Part shown: piece by piece, positions 8,133-16,914 of the stretch
Numbering within the stretch: the first letter of the stretch is position 1
Layout of the letters: every line of letters begins with the position of its first letter
From: a virus
Taxonomy: Duplodnaviria; Heunggongvirae; Uroviricota; Caudoviricetes
Length of the DNA stretch: 64,000 nucleotides
IMG/VR virus record: IMGVR_UViG_3300035184_001394
Location: 1-64,000 of that record
Direction: 5' to 3' (one strand)
Made by a program: the position numbers and the translations under genes
Notes under the pieces: generated by a model
Told to the model about the DNA's origin: nothing
Database searches by the model: none
Seen by the model: the letters and a program-made list of their open reading frames with translations, nothing else

Positions 8133-8162
8133 TATTATACTATAATCAAAGCGAAATGTCAA
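8133..8162 (-). promoter_or_regulatory. early promoter plus conserved leader cassette (minus strand)
   Basis: rc GTTGACATTTCGCTTTGATTATAGTATAAT AGTTACATAAATTGATAAACC...AGGAATTAAATT ATG. Confidence 0.5.
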
Positions 8163-8165
8163 CAG

Positions 8166-8348
8166 TTATATTGATACAAATTCGTATCTAATAAGAAGTG
8201 ACTCTACAACTAAGTAGAAAGCCCAAAACGGTATGGAAAAAGCAATGAGGGTTGACCAAAAGCCCTTAGCCAACACAATACCCCAAATCCATATGATGAA
8301 GAAAATTATTTTTACAAAAACGATTTTGTTTGTTCTCTTTGTTCTCAT
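8166..8348 (-). CDS. small membrane protein (about 60 aa, start taken at internal Met with AGGAAA SD)
   Basis: Hydrophobic ORF. The 5' extension listed in the ORF track overlaps the DUF551 gene. Confidence 0.4.
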   Translation of the reverse strand: MRTKRTNKIVFVKIIFFIIWIWGIVLAKGFWSTLIAFSIPFWAFYLVVESLLIRYEFVSI

Positions 8349-8350
8349 TA

Positions 8351-8659
8351 TTATTGTTTTTCCTGTGTTGGATCTGCTGGTAAATTCGTCCAATATGAAA
8401 TATCAGACTTATAAAATTTGTTTCCATTTGTGTCTCGAAATGTGTGAGAGTTGCGGCAAAACTCTCCTCTTAATGTACCAATATGTTTACCGGCATAAAA
8501 GAGTATTGGAGTGTGAAACGGTGGTGTATTATCTTTAACACTCAGCCATTGTGTCTTTGTTAGTGATGCTATATACTTTTTCAATACTCTTATATCTTCA
8601 TACAAGTTATATATAGAATTGCGAGACATCTCGGGCGATGTCTCGCAATTCGAAATCAT
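8351..8659 (-). CDS. DUF551-like protein
   Basis: C-terminal SYWTNLPADP resembles the DUF551 signature (THWMPLPEPP). Confidence 0.5.
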   Translation of the reverse strand: MISNCETSPEMSRNSIYNLYEDIRVLKKYIASLTKTQWLSVKDNTPPFHTPILFYAGKHIGTLRGEFCRNSHTFRDTNGNKFYKSDISYWTNLPADPTQEKQ

Positions 8660-8729
8660 GTTCGTCTGACCAAAGTTTTAAATTATCCATTTTTAGTAAT
8701 CCACGCTGTTAATATATTAAACAAATGAC

Positions 8730-9023
8730 TCAAGAACAAATCACACCAATTGCACCGCCGAGTATTAAAATATGTTGAGCTTTCTTTCTTTTTATTTTTT
8801 CAGCGGCTGTTAATACTTTTCGTTTCGGTGGGAATAATTTTCTATCTTCAATATAAGCTAAAGATTCAGCTCTACTCATATTATATAATGCAGCAGCTTG
8901 TTTTTTTCGTTGTGAGTTTGAAATTTGAACAACTTCTACTTTTGCTTCTTCTAGATAATTTTTATGTTTATTTTGAGTCATAATTATAGTTCTCTGTTTG
9001 GTGTTGTTTTTGATGTTAGCCAT
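8730..9023 (-). CDS. hypothetical protein (97 aa, basic, C-terminal hydrophobic helix)
   Basis: ORF on the operon strand. Start uncertain. Confidence 0.35.
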   Translation of the reverse strand: MANIKNNTKQRTIIMTQNKHKNYLEEAKVEVVQISNSQRKKQAAALYNMSRAESLAYIEDRKLFPPKRKVLTAAEKIKRKKAQHILILGGAIGVICS

Positions 9024-9198
9024 AGATCAGAATCAATTTATAAAATTTGTAAGTAGTACTACATATCTCGATTGTGTCCGGACATTTTGCTAAAGCTCTC
9101 TCCTCGGATTTACCGCCTACTACTAAATCAGTGCGACGCCCTGCGGTTTTACTAGTATGTGTCGAGATAGATTTATAAACAGCCTTGAATGTCATCAT
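9016..9198 (-). CDS. hypothetical protein (60 aa)
   Basis: Preceded by the leader AGTTACATAAATTGATAAAGG and promoter 9229-9257. Confidence 0.35.
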   Translation of the reverse strand: MMTFKAVYKSISTHTSKTAGRRTDLVVGGKSEERALAKCPDTIEICSTTYKFYKLILIYG

Positions 9199-9228
9199 AA
9201 TATATTACCTTTATCAATTTATGTAACT

Positions 9229-9257
9229 ATTATACTAAAATCAAAGTAAAATGTCAA
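9229..9257 (-). promoter_or_regulatory. early promoter plus conserved leader (minus strand)
   Basis: rc TTGACA, 17 nt, TATAAT, then AGTTACATAAATTGATAAAGG. Confidence 0.5.
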
Positions 9258-9264
9258 CGTTTAA

Positions 9265-9753
9265 TTAAATTTCTTCAACAGTACAACCAAAGTATTTGTT
9301 TTGTGTAACTTTAATTATGTGATTCGATCTGTTCTCGTAGATAGCCCAGAGAGGGGTTTCATTAATAACACTATGATCTTTAATTTTATAAGCATAACTA
9401 TTTAAGATACCGTTCGCATATCTAATATTTTTTGTCATAACTTGCTTAAACATCCTTTCAGTATGAGTTTCAAATTCTTTGATAACTCCGGTTATCAAAC
9501 ACCACTTATGATAAAATACAGGACAATGAACGCCATAAGAAGGAATATCATTCAAATCAAGACCTACAGTATTATCTAAGTTATCAGTAAGAACTCTTGT
9601 TTTTCTGTGTATATCATCTTCATCACCACCGTGATGTTTAACATGTATTTTCACAAGTGACTGGTGAGTAGTTGCTTTTTTACTTCCGTCTCCCATTATG
9701 TTAGTACAAGAGTCCAAATAGTCTTTGATTAATGGTAGCATTTCATTATACAT
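9265..9753 (-). CDS. hypothetical protein (162 aa)
   Basis: Complete ORF. Promoter-like TTGACA at 9808-9813. Confidence 0.55.
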   Translation of the reverse strand: MYNEMLPLIKDYLDSCTNIMGDGSKKATTHQSLVKIHVKHHGGDEDDIHRKTRVLTDNLDNTVGLDLNDIPSYGVHCPVFYHKWCLITGVIKEFETHTERMFKQVMTKNIRYANGILNSYAYKIKDHSVINETPLWAIYENRSNHIIKVTQNKYFGCTVEEI

Positions 9754-9834
9754 AGTGTAGTTTCCTTTATTAATTTATGGAATTATAATAATACAAATTA
9801 AAATAAATGTCAAAGCTTATTTTAGATTACAAAC

Positions 9835-9869
9835 AAAAAAGGTTCTCGCAATTAAGGAGAACCTTTTAA
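9835..9869 (-). terminator. rho-independent terminator (minus strand) after the SPFH gene
   Basis: aaGGTTCTC-gcaattaag-GAGAACCtt hairpin (9-11 bp stem). On the minus strand it is followed by TTTTTTGTTTG. Confidence 0.6.
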
Positions 9870-9884
9870 TTAGTTTATTTTATT

Positions 9885-10748
9885 TTAATTTGTGCGCATA
9901 TCCAATATCGGCATTCCGCCTTCACCAAGGATGGTATATGGCAATTGACCATTCCATTGTTGTGCTTCAGTTAAGTCGACAATAAGTGGATTACTTTTCA
10001 GTGCAGCAGCTTTTGCTTTAATAGCGGAAGCTTCAGCTTCACCTTTTAATCGAATTGAGTTCGCTTCAGCTTCAGCAACAAAGTTAATACCGTCAGCTTT
10101 TGCTTTTGCTATGTTAACACCCTGTTGAGCAACTAGTGCTTGCTTATCAAGATTGAATTGTTCAGCATCAGCTAAGTTTTTAGCAGTCTGTTTAGTTTCA
10201 ATTGATTGCAAGTACTTTGGTGGTAACGTAATATTCTCAATTTGAATGTTATCAACTTTGACTGGGAACGGAGTCATTTCTTCAATTAATAATGATTCAA
10301 TCAACATAATAGCAGAACTACGATCTTGTATTAACTTTTCCGCAGTAAACTTAGGAATAACATCCTTGGTAGCAGAACGGAATCGTGGATCTAATATTCG
10401 ATTTTCAAATTGTTGAAGGCCGCCGTATTGTTTAAATAATTCAAGCGCAGCAGTTTTGTCGACTGTCCAGTTAACAGACACCTTCACTGTGACTGGCATT
10501 TGTTCTGCAGTGCTTGAAGTCATTGCTTCTTCGTTTTTACGAGTACGGATTTCAATTTCTTCGACAGTATCTGCGAATGGTATTTTAAATCGCAAACCTG
10601 GGTTTTGTTGACTTTTTGCTTCAGAGAAGCGTTTAACGATTCCCACGTGTCCTTCAGATACAGTGTACCAGCTTGACCACAATAGAAGAAATATTAGTAG
10701 TCCAATGATAGATGCTACGATAGTTTTAATTGGTAATGTTTTTTGCAT
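9885..10748 (-). CDS. SPFH/band-7 (prohibitin/HflKC-like) membrane protein
   Basis: N-terminal TM helix then an SPFH domain (VSEGHVGIVKRFSE...). Ala/Glu-rich coiled-coil tail typical of HflK/C and prohibitins. Confidence 0.75.
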   Translation of the reverse strand: MQKTLPIKTIVASIIGLLIFLLLWSSWYTVSEGHVGIVKRFSEAKSQQNPGLRFKIPFADTVEEIEIRTRKNEEAMTSSTAEQMPVTVKVSVNWTVDKTAALELFKQYGGLQQFENRILDPRFRSATKDVIPKFTAEKLIQDRSSAIMLIESLLIEEMTPFPVKVDNIQIENITLPPKYLQSIETKQTAKNLADAEQFNLDKQALVAQQGVNIAKAKADGINFVAEAEANSIRLKGEAEASAIKAKAAALKSNPLIVDLTEAQQWNGQLPYTILGEGGMPILDMRTN

Positions 10749-10882
10749 TTAGTTTTTTCCTTTGGTTGTTATTATAAATTTAAGTTTGTTAATAGTTTGT
10801 TATATTTTGCATTTTCGAAAGAGTTTTTAAAATCTCCATATTTAAACGGGCTCTAATTTTATTCTAGAATCCGTGTATATCG

Positions 10883-10907
10883 ATGAGGGTGGAATTTCCA
10901 CCCTCAT
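10883..10907. repeat. perfect 11-bp stem / 3-nt loop GC-rich hairpin (ATGAGGGTGGA att TCCACCCTCAT)
   Basis: Seen directly. Lies 14 nt downstream of the stop of gene 10921-11238. No U-run on the minus strand, so possibly a 3' stabiliser or processing site. Confidence 0.5.
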
Positions 10908-10920
10908 TGTCTATATTAAT

Positions 10921-11238
10921 TTAATAATTATAATCATAAAATTTTACAGGCTTTTCAGATAACAAGTAACGAGAGCCGCCAGCATCTTGCCATCTATCAT
11001 TTGCTTTGCTATATCTGATGCGGATAACTGAAGATTCAGTATCAGGTGTTATAAACCATCTTTGATCGTTTTGATTTGAACAATTCGCAGAGAACCCACC
11101 AACATGAAATTCCAATTTAAACGTTTCATCACGTACAGAATTCATTCTACGAATATCCATAGTTTTAGCAGAAACAGCACGAACAACTTCATAAGGAGTT
11201 ACGTCAGAGTAACCGTGACAATTTGCAAAATTATACAT
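10921..11238 (-). CDS. hypothetical protein (105 aa)
   Basis: Complete ORF whose start codon lies in copy A of a tandemly duplicated leader. Confidence 0.5.
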   Translation of the reverse strand: MYNFANCHGYSDVTPYEVVRAVSAKTMDIRRMNSVRDETFKLEFHVGGFSANCSNQNDQRWFITPDTESSVIRIRYSKANDRWQDAGGSRYLLSEKPVKFYDYNY

Positions 11239-11368
11239 AATTTATTTCCTAATTCAAGTTTTTTTAAAGGTTTATCAATTTATGTAACTATTATAATTTA
11301 TTTCCACATAATTTATTTCCTAATTCAAGTTTTTTTAAAGGTTTATCAATTTATGTAACTATTATAAT
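11236..11368 (-). repeat. perfect tandem duplication (2 x 62 nt, period 71) of the early 5' leader/RBS/start region
   Basis: cataatttatttcctaattcaagtttttttaaaggtttatcaatttatgtaactattataat occurs at 11236-11297 and 11307-11368. The upstream copy yields mini-ORF ATG TGG AAA TAA (MWK). Confidence 0.85.
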
Positions 11369-11389
11369 AAAATCAAAGCGAAATGTCAA
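11361..11389 (-). promoter_or_regulatory. early promoter (minus strand) driving the duplicated leader and gene 10921-11238
   Basis: rc TTGACA, 17 nt, TATAAT. Confidence 0.5.
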
Positions 11390-11392
11390 CGT

Positions 11393-11581
11393 TTATTTTT
11401 TATTATGTGGAACGTTACTTTTTTCTAAACCGTTTTTCTTAAGCAGTAAAGCTACAGTTTCTCTCTCTGTACTAATTCCTATATCAAGAATATCTAAGAC
11501 TCTTATGTAACCATTTTGCTTTATTAATAAAGCAACTGATTTACCGCGAGTTAACGTTTGTAAGTTCCGTGCTTGTTTCAT
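11393..11581 (-). CDS. hypothetical protein (62 aa)
   Basis: Preceded by leader plus promoter 11611-11639. Confidence 0.35.
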   Translation of the reverse strand: MKQARNLQTLTRGKSVALLIKQNGYIRVLDILDIGISTERETVALLLKKNGLEKSNVPHNKK

Positions 11582-11610
11582 TTTTGATGCCTTTATTAAT
11601 TTATGTAACT

Positions 11611-11639
11611 ATTATAATAAAATCAAAGTAGAATGTCAA
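11611..11639 (-). promoter_or_regulatory. early promoter plus leader (minus strand)
   Basis: rc TTGACA, 17 nt, TATAAT, AGTTACATAAATTAATAAAGG. Confidence 0.5.
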
Positions 11640-11652
11640 CGTTTATTTTAGT

Positions 11653-11826
11653 TTATTGAAAACCGTTTTTGTAAAAATCCGACCAGATTTCACTCTTTGT
11701 TCGAGTATCAGGTTTGTTCATTGCTGATACATGCTTAAGCTGTGGTGTGCAAGACTGACACCTCGGTTGTTCATACATGCACACAGTTCGTCGACATCCA
11801 GGGCATTCTCTTTCGTCATAACGCAT
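11653..11826 (-). CDS. small Cys-rich (zinc-ribbon-like) protein, 57 aa
   Basis: rc MRYDERECPGCRRTVCMYEQPRCQSCTPQLKHV... with SD AGGAAC. Not in ORF track (under 60 aa). Confidence 0.35.
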   Translation of the reverse strand: MRYDERECPGCRRTVCMYEQPRCQSCTPQLKHVSAMNKPDTRTKSEIWSDFYKNGFQ

Positions 11827-11840
11827 ATCGTTGTTCCTTA

Positions 11841-12314
11841 TTAAGTTTTAAAAGAATCTAACTCAGTTAGCTCTTCTGGTGAAATCCAATGTAGTATCTT
11901 TGTTGTATCTTTATTAGATGGAATCCACAGATTCTTGTCGCGAGACATTTTATATTTCTTATGGTCTAGTATTTTTACTATCGAACCACCATATTCATGA
12001 TCAAACATTGTAGGAGGATTTCGTATTACGCATATAAGATGATCACACGACTTAATAGTTTCGAATGCTTTACCTGTATATCCAATATGGAATCTAAAAC
12101 TTCTCTTCGTTACAAACCGAGTGCATGTTTTTATTTGAATTGTTTGCGGCAAGGCATCTTCAATATTTTCTGTAATTCTGGTATCCCAGGTACCATATTT
12201 ATCCGGATTACTCTCAACAATAAACTTGTTCTTTTCAAAAAAACTGTTTACTAATCTTTCGCCATACTCGCCTTGAGCTTCTTCTTCAGTTATAAAAATT
12301 GACCTATCAATCAT
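11841..12314 (-). CDS. hypothetical protein (157 aa)
   Basis: Complete ORF. No motif recognised. Confidence 0.5.
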   Translation of the reverse strand: MIDRSIFITEEEAQGEYGERLVNSFFEKNKFIVESNPDKYGTWDTRITENIEDALPQTIQIKTCTRFVTKRSFRFHIGYTGKAFETIKSCDHLICVIRNPPTMFDHEYGGSIVKILDHKKYKMSRDKNLWIPSNKDTTKILHWISPEELTELDSFKT

Positions 12315-12531
12315 TTGATTCTATCGAGGAAAGTTGATTTATACTAAAAATTTTGTAAATATTGCGCAAGTAAGCTGTTTTCTTTTTATCAAACTCAATA
12401 AGCACACTGATTATAATATCTTGTTCAACTTCAGTTATTTTTACTGGAACGTCTTCCCAATTAGTATCAGCAGTGTTGCCGATTAACTCAAAATGACCTA
12501 GGTAAAAATCTTCTTCGTTTAATTCAACCAT
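12307..12531 (-). CDS. hypothetical protein (74 aa, acidic)
   Basis: Overlapping start/stop with the downstream gene. Immediately downstream of gene 43. Confidence 0.4.
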   Translation of the reverse strand: MVELNEEDFYLGHFELIGNTADTNWEDVPVKITEVEQDIIISVLIEFDKKKTAYLRNIYKIFSINQLSSIESND

Positions 12532-12597
12532 AATTTATTTCCTGTATTAATTTAAGAGAGTATTGTATCACGTCCTTGTGATAATTCAAATTTTATT

Positions 12598-15138
12598 TTA
12601 GCAAAAGAATTCATCAAGCGTGTCGCGTTTTTCAGCAGACCAACCTATTGCTTCAACAATTGCTCGAACTGGTGCAAGAAATACTTTCTCGAATTGCAGA
12701 TCGTAATCTATGTACTTGTCTAAACCCAATTCTTGTGGTAACACGCCCGGGAACGATACAATATTTTCGCGTAATGGATTTGGAACTTTCAAATACAGAA
12801 CTTTAACTTTATCTCCACCAATTATATGTTGATACTGTTTAGCTAAACCAGAATCATCTATCATCTTATTATATAGCAAAGCACCACGAACATGGAATGG
12901 ACAACCCTTTTTGTATATTGATTTTTTATCAGAATATTTACCAATATTATCAGTACCTGACGTCTTAGCTACAGAGTGAGCAGGTAACGAATAAAACTCA
13001 GATTTGAAGTCGCTAATAAACTCTTGAACATCTTCTTCACTACCATTCATAATTACTTCGAAAGACTTTTTCATTTTATCGCGACAGACTTGAGGTGTCG
13101 AAGATCGAACAGATTCTAAACCAGTCACAGAGATTTTAGGTTTATCATAATGAACACCTTCACTGTTTAACGTATTCATGATATAACGCTTCTTAGCTAT
13201 AAACACTGATTTATCTGTAATCTTTTCGCGCTTCATTACCATAGCATTACGATAGGCGCCTAAGTCTTTTGCTAAATTAACATAACCATCTTCGATTACT
13301 TTTTCAATTTTAGTACCACAAATCTTATCAAGGAACTGTTCTCCTTCATCACGAGAAATATCAGTTGTACCAAAAGCAGCTTCTATTAATGGACCAAAGT
13401 CTACATATATAGAATCCGTATCAATATAAACAATATAATCTTTGGATGTTGACTTGAGTATTTTATTCAAGTATTCATTAACTGATTTTTCAGCACAACG
13501 AATTGCCAACTGGCCTGACGTAGTAATTGCTTCAGCCATATCATTAATATAATACAAGAAGTAGATATTTGCGACAGCACCGTAAAGGCTGTTCATGGCG
13601 ATCTTTATAGCCATTTGCTGGTTATGTAATTGACTGGCTTGTTTCTTAAGTTCTTTTAGTTTAACGGGATCTTTTTCTATTTCAACTAACTTTTCAACTT
13701 CAAGCATTTCTGTCTTAATAACTTTACGATTACCATAATAAGTTGCGATTATTTCAGGGATAACACCGAGTTTATTATTATCAAAACACGAGCCATTAGC
13801 ACCAACTGACATATCTTTATTATTATTCTTATATTCACGGTTTAAAACCATTTCTTGAGTAACATATTCGTGTTCGTGTGGAAGATATGTTTCTGGTGAC
13901 ATGTTAAATTGCATCATCAAATGCGGATACAGACTGTTTAAATCGAATGATACAATCCACGGATGCATCCCAACTTTGGGATCTTTAACAAAACCACCAA
14001 CAAGATTAGAGCGAATTCCAGGGCTACCTTTAACTGGAGGTACAATCTTATCTTTAATAAGTTTGCGGTAAATTGTACTTTCCCATATACCAACAGTACC
14101 AAATGCATCATTATAGTTTACACCACCTGAATAAGCAACAGTCATAACTAATGATAGTAAACCAGTTTCTTCTTCGAATCTTTGAATAAGTCGAGTATCT
14201 TGTAAGTTATAATCTAAATATAACTGTGGATTTTGTTCATACAAATCAGTAAGAGTACCATAAGCAGAATAATCTAATTTCTTTTCACCAAGTATGACGT
14301 GAGCAATATGATCAAGTTTAAATGATTCCTGAGGACCATACTTATAACCAAACTTTTTAAACGCATCCATGTAATCAATTATTGATATACCAGATATTGA
14401 ATAAGTTGATTGTTCTTTACCAAAGAATTCGCGAGATGTCTTTTTTATTGATCTCCAAGGAGAGAAGTCACGGGCTTTTTCTTCACCAAACAGTCGCATC
14501 ACTCGAGTTACAATATACATAATATCGAAGTATTCAACATTCCAACCGGTAACTACATCAGGATAATCAGCTTTCCATAAGTCGATAAAACGAGATAACA
14601 TTGCTACTTCACTTTCGAATTTAACAAAGACAATATCAGCTGGATCAATACCGGTTATAGTCTTAGTTTTATCGAAGTCTTTACGACCTAACAGAAAATA
14701 TTTGTTAGACTTAGAAGACTTGTATGATATAGAAGTTATTTCTTTATCAGCTTCTTCAATATTTGGATAGCCATCTGATATATCAACTTCAATATCGAAT
14801 GAGCATATGTTAACTAGTGAAATATCAAAAGTAATATCGTCAGGATATTCTTCTTGAATAAACTGAGATACATAGTTAGTGTTACCGTATATTTTGAAGT
14901 TACTCACTTCCTTATAAAGTGCAATAAATTCTTTAGCGTCTCCCATTGAATCAAACTTTTGTGGATTCAATCGCTTATCGCTATATAGTGATTTGTAATC
15001 TCCTTCTGATTTCTTAGTGTGTAAATAAAGTGTTGGACCAAATGGAACACGCTCTGAAAAACGTTCGCCATCTTTGTATCCGCGCCACAGCATATTATTG
15101 CCATATCTTTCAACTGATGTATAAAAATTATTACTCAT
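12598..15138 (-). CDS. 43: gp43 family-B DNA polymerase
   Basis: Exonuclease and polymerase motifs present (YIDTDSIY, KIAMNSLYGA, KKRY). 846 aa, similar to the T4 gp43 length. Confidence 0.95.
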   Translation of the reverse strand: MSNNFYTSVERYGNNMLWRGYKDGERFSERVPFGPTLYLHTKKSEGDYKSLYSDKRLNPQKFDSMGDAKEFIALYKEVSNFKIYGNTNYVSQFIQEEYPDDITFDISLVNICSFDIEVDISDGYPNIEEADKEITSISYKSSKSNKYFLLGRKDFDKTKTITGIDPADIVFVKFESEVAMLSRFIDLWKADYPDVVTGWNVEYFDIMYIVTRVMRLFGEEKARDFSPWRSIKKTSREFFGKEQSTYSISGISIIDYMDAFKKFGYKYGPQESFKLDHIAHVILGEKKLDYSAYGTLTDLYEQNPQLYLDYNLQDTRLIQRFEEETGLLSLVMTVAYSGGVNYNDAFGTVGIWESTIYRKLIKDKIVPPVKGSPGIRSNLVGGFVKDPKVGMHPWIVSFDLNSLYPHLMMQFNMSPETYLPHEHEYVTQEMVLNREYKNNNKDMSVGANGSCFDNNKLGVIPEIIATYYGNRKVIKTEMLEVEKLVEIEKDPVKLKELKKQASQLHNQQMAIKIAMNSLYGAVANIYFLYYINDMAEAITTSGQLAIRCAEKSVNEYLNKILKSTSKDYIVYIDTDSIYVDFGPLIEAAFGTTDISRDEGEQFLDKICGTKIEKVIEDGYVNLAKDLGAYRNAMVMKREKITDKSVFIAKKRYIMNTLNSEGVHYDKPKISVTGLESVRSSTPQVCRDKMKKSFEVIMNGSEEDVQEFISDFKSEFYSLPAHSVAKTSGTDNIGKYSDKKSIYKKGCPFHVRGALLYNKMIDDSGLAKQYQHIIGGDKVKVLYLKVPNPLRENIVSFPGVLPQELGLDKYIDYDLQFEKVFLAPVRAIVEAIGWSAEKRDTLDEFFC

Positions 15139-15167
15139 TATATGCCTTTTTCATTATATTGTTTGCT

Positions 15168-15196
15168 ATTATATACAATCTAACTACAAATGTCAA
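15168..15196 (-). promoter_or_regulatory. early promoter (minus strand) upstream of gene 43
   Basis: rc TTGACA, 17 nt, TATAAT. Confidence 0.5.
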
Positions 15197-15201
15197 CTAT
15201 T

Positions 15202-16914
15202 TTATAATACAACATCACTAAAATTTTTAATTTTTTGGAATTTAATATGAGCAGCAAATTTTTCAGCAAACTGATCACCTCGATGCGATATCACAAATAT
15301 GTTATCATCGCTGTTCACACTATGTAATGTCTCTATTAGATTTTCAATACCAACACCATCTAAAGCACCGTCTAGTGTTTCATCAAGAATCAACAAATTA
15401 GTAGATACAGAATTTCTTAATTTTGCAACTGATCTCCAAGATAACATTATAGCTAAAGTGATGCGAAGTTTCTCACCTTCAGAAAAAGAAGCATAAGAGA
15501 ATTTATCACGGAATCTTGATTTTATTATTTCGTTAAAGTTCTCGTCTAATTGGAAGTCTACGAATAAATCAAACTCAGCAAGATACTTATTAATCAATTT
15601 ATTCATGACAGGAATATACTGACTAATAATGCGAGCCTTAATGCCGCCATCTTTTAATATAGTACTCACAACGCCAAGTGTATTTTTAGCTTCAAGTAGT
15701 GAGTTATGTTCGCACTGTATACTAGATAAATGATCTTTAAGTTCAATAATACTGTTACTATCAACTTCTTTCATCTCTTTTTCAGCTGAATCTAAATCTT
15801 TCTTATAACTAGCGAGAGCATTCTTCCCTATTTTTATTTCTGAGCGACACTCCATTATTTCGACGTTGTTGCTTTTAATTAAATTTTCAATCGCAAGAAT
15901 TTCTTCTAATCGATCTTCAAATTGTCTAATCTTAACATCAATATCAATTAGCGCTTGCTGTATTTCGTCTCTCTTCTTATTCTTTTCTTGAATAACATCA
16001 ACTTTAAAATCGTGATCAATTCCCTGCTTGCATACAGGACAGTTATCGTTTTCATGATAAAAACTAAGATCTCTTGTAAAATTAAGGCTAACTTTTTCAA
16101 GGTCGCGTCGTATATTTCTGGCTTTATCAAATTTAGATTTGGCGTTCTTCTTATCTTCTATTTGAGAAGCGTATCCGTTAAACACTTGTTCAAAACCATC
16201 TATTTTTACATCACAATCTTTTATATGATCCAAATGACTACGCATTTTAGATCGTATTTTTTCGACTTCAGTTTTGCGTATTTTTTGAATTGATTTGTTG
16301 TGTTCTTTCGCTGATGTTATTTTATTTTCAGTTAAATCAAGTTGATATGCATTTTCGCTAATATCTAATTTGTTCTGACTGATGCGATCTTTAGCTAACA
16401 CATTCATAGTACTAAAAACTTGTATATCTAACAAATCTTCAATGATATCACGTCGCTGTGACGGAGACAATTCCATGAAGGGAACATATGTTGCACTACC
16501 TAATACAACTATTTGATTAAATGATTTGTAATTAATACCCAGAATGTTTTGCTCTAGATACGATTGATAATCGCGCGAAGCTGCATCTTGGTCGATCAGT
16601 TTACCGTTCTTAAAAATTTCAAATATTCCAGGTTTCATCCCACGTCTAATTAAATACTCTGCACCGGTTGCATTAAACTCAACTTCAACTAACATATCTT
16701 TGTCGTTGATTGAATTTATTAATTGAGCTTTGTTGACTTTTCTAAAAGCCTTTCCATATAGACCAAATACAATCGCGTCTAATATAGTACTTTTACCACT
16801 ACCATTGGCTCCACTAATTAGTGTCGAGTTACGACGATCTAAATCAATATGAGTAAAGACGTTTCCTGTTGATAATAAATTTTTATATCTAACTTTCTTA
16901 AAATGTATCCTCAT
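15202..16914 (-). CDS. 46: gp46 recombination endonuclease ATPase subunit (SbcC/Rad50-like)
   Basis: N-terminal Walker A (GANGSGKSTILDAIVFGLYG), long coiled coil with CPVC zinc hook, C-terminal signature/Walker B (LLILDE). Confidence 0.9.
   Translation of the reverse strand: MRIHFKKVRYKNLLSTGNVFTHIDLDRRNSTLISGANGSGKSTILDAIVFGLYGKAFRKVNKAQLINSINDKDMLVEVEFNATGAEYLIRRGMKPGIFEIFKNGKLIDQDAASRDYQSYLEQNILGINYKSFNQIVVLGSATYVPFMELSPSQRRDIIEDLLDIQVFSTMNVLAKDRISQNKLDISENAYQLDLTENKITSAKEHNKSIQKIRKTEVEKIRSKMRSHLDHIKDCDVKIDGFEQVFNGYASQIEDKKNAKSKFDKARNIRRDLEKVSLNFTRDLSFYHENDNCPVCKQGIDHDFKVDVIQEKNKKRDEIQQALIDIDVKIRQFEDRLEEILAIENLIKSNNVEIMECRSEIKIGKNALASYKKDLDSAEKEMKEVDSNSIIELKDHLSSIQCEHNSLLEAKNTLGVVSTILKDGGIKARIISQYIPVMNKLINKYLAEFDLFVDFQLDENFNEIIKSRFRDKFSYASFSEGEKLRITLAIMLSWRSVAKLRNSVSTNLLILDETLDGALDGVGIENLIETLHSVNSDDNIFVISHRGDQFAEKFAAHIKFQKIKNFSDVVL

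Noticed and set aside
9781-9813. Exact -10 assignment for the promoter upstream of gene 9265-9753
   Set aside because: TTGACA is clear at 9808-9813, but the best TATAAT match gives a 20-nt spacer. Left as approximate.
12556-12590. Hairpin TATCAC-gtcctt-GTGATA just downstream of gene 43 as a terminator
   Set aside because: Only a 6-bp stem and no U-run on the minus strand.
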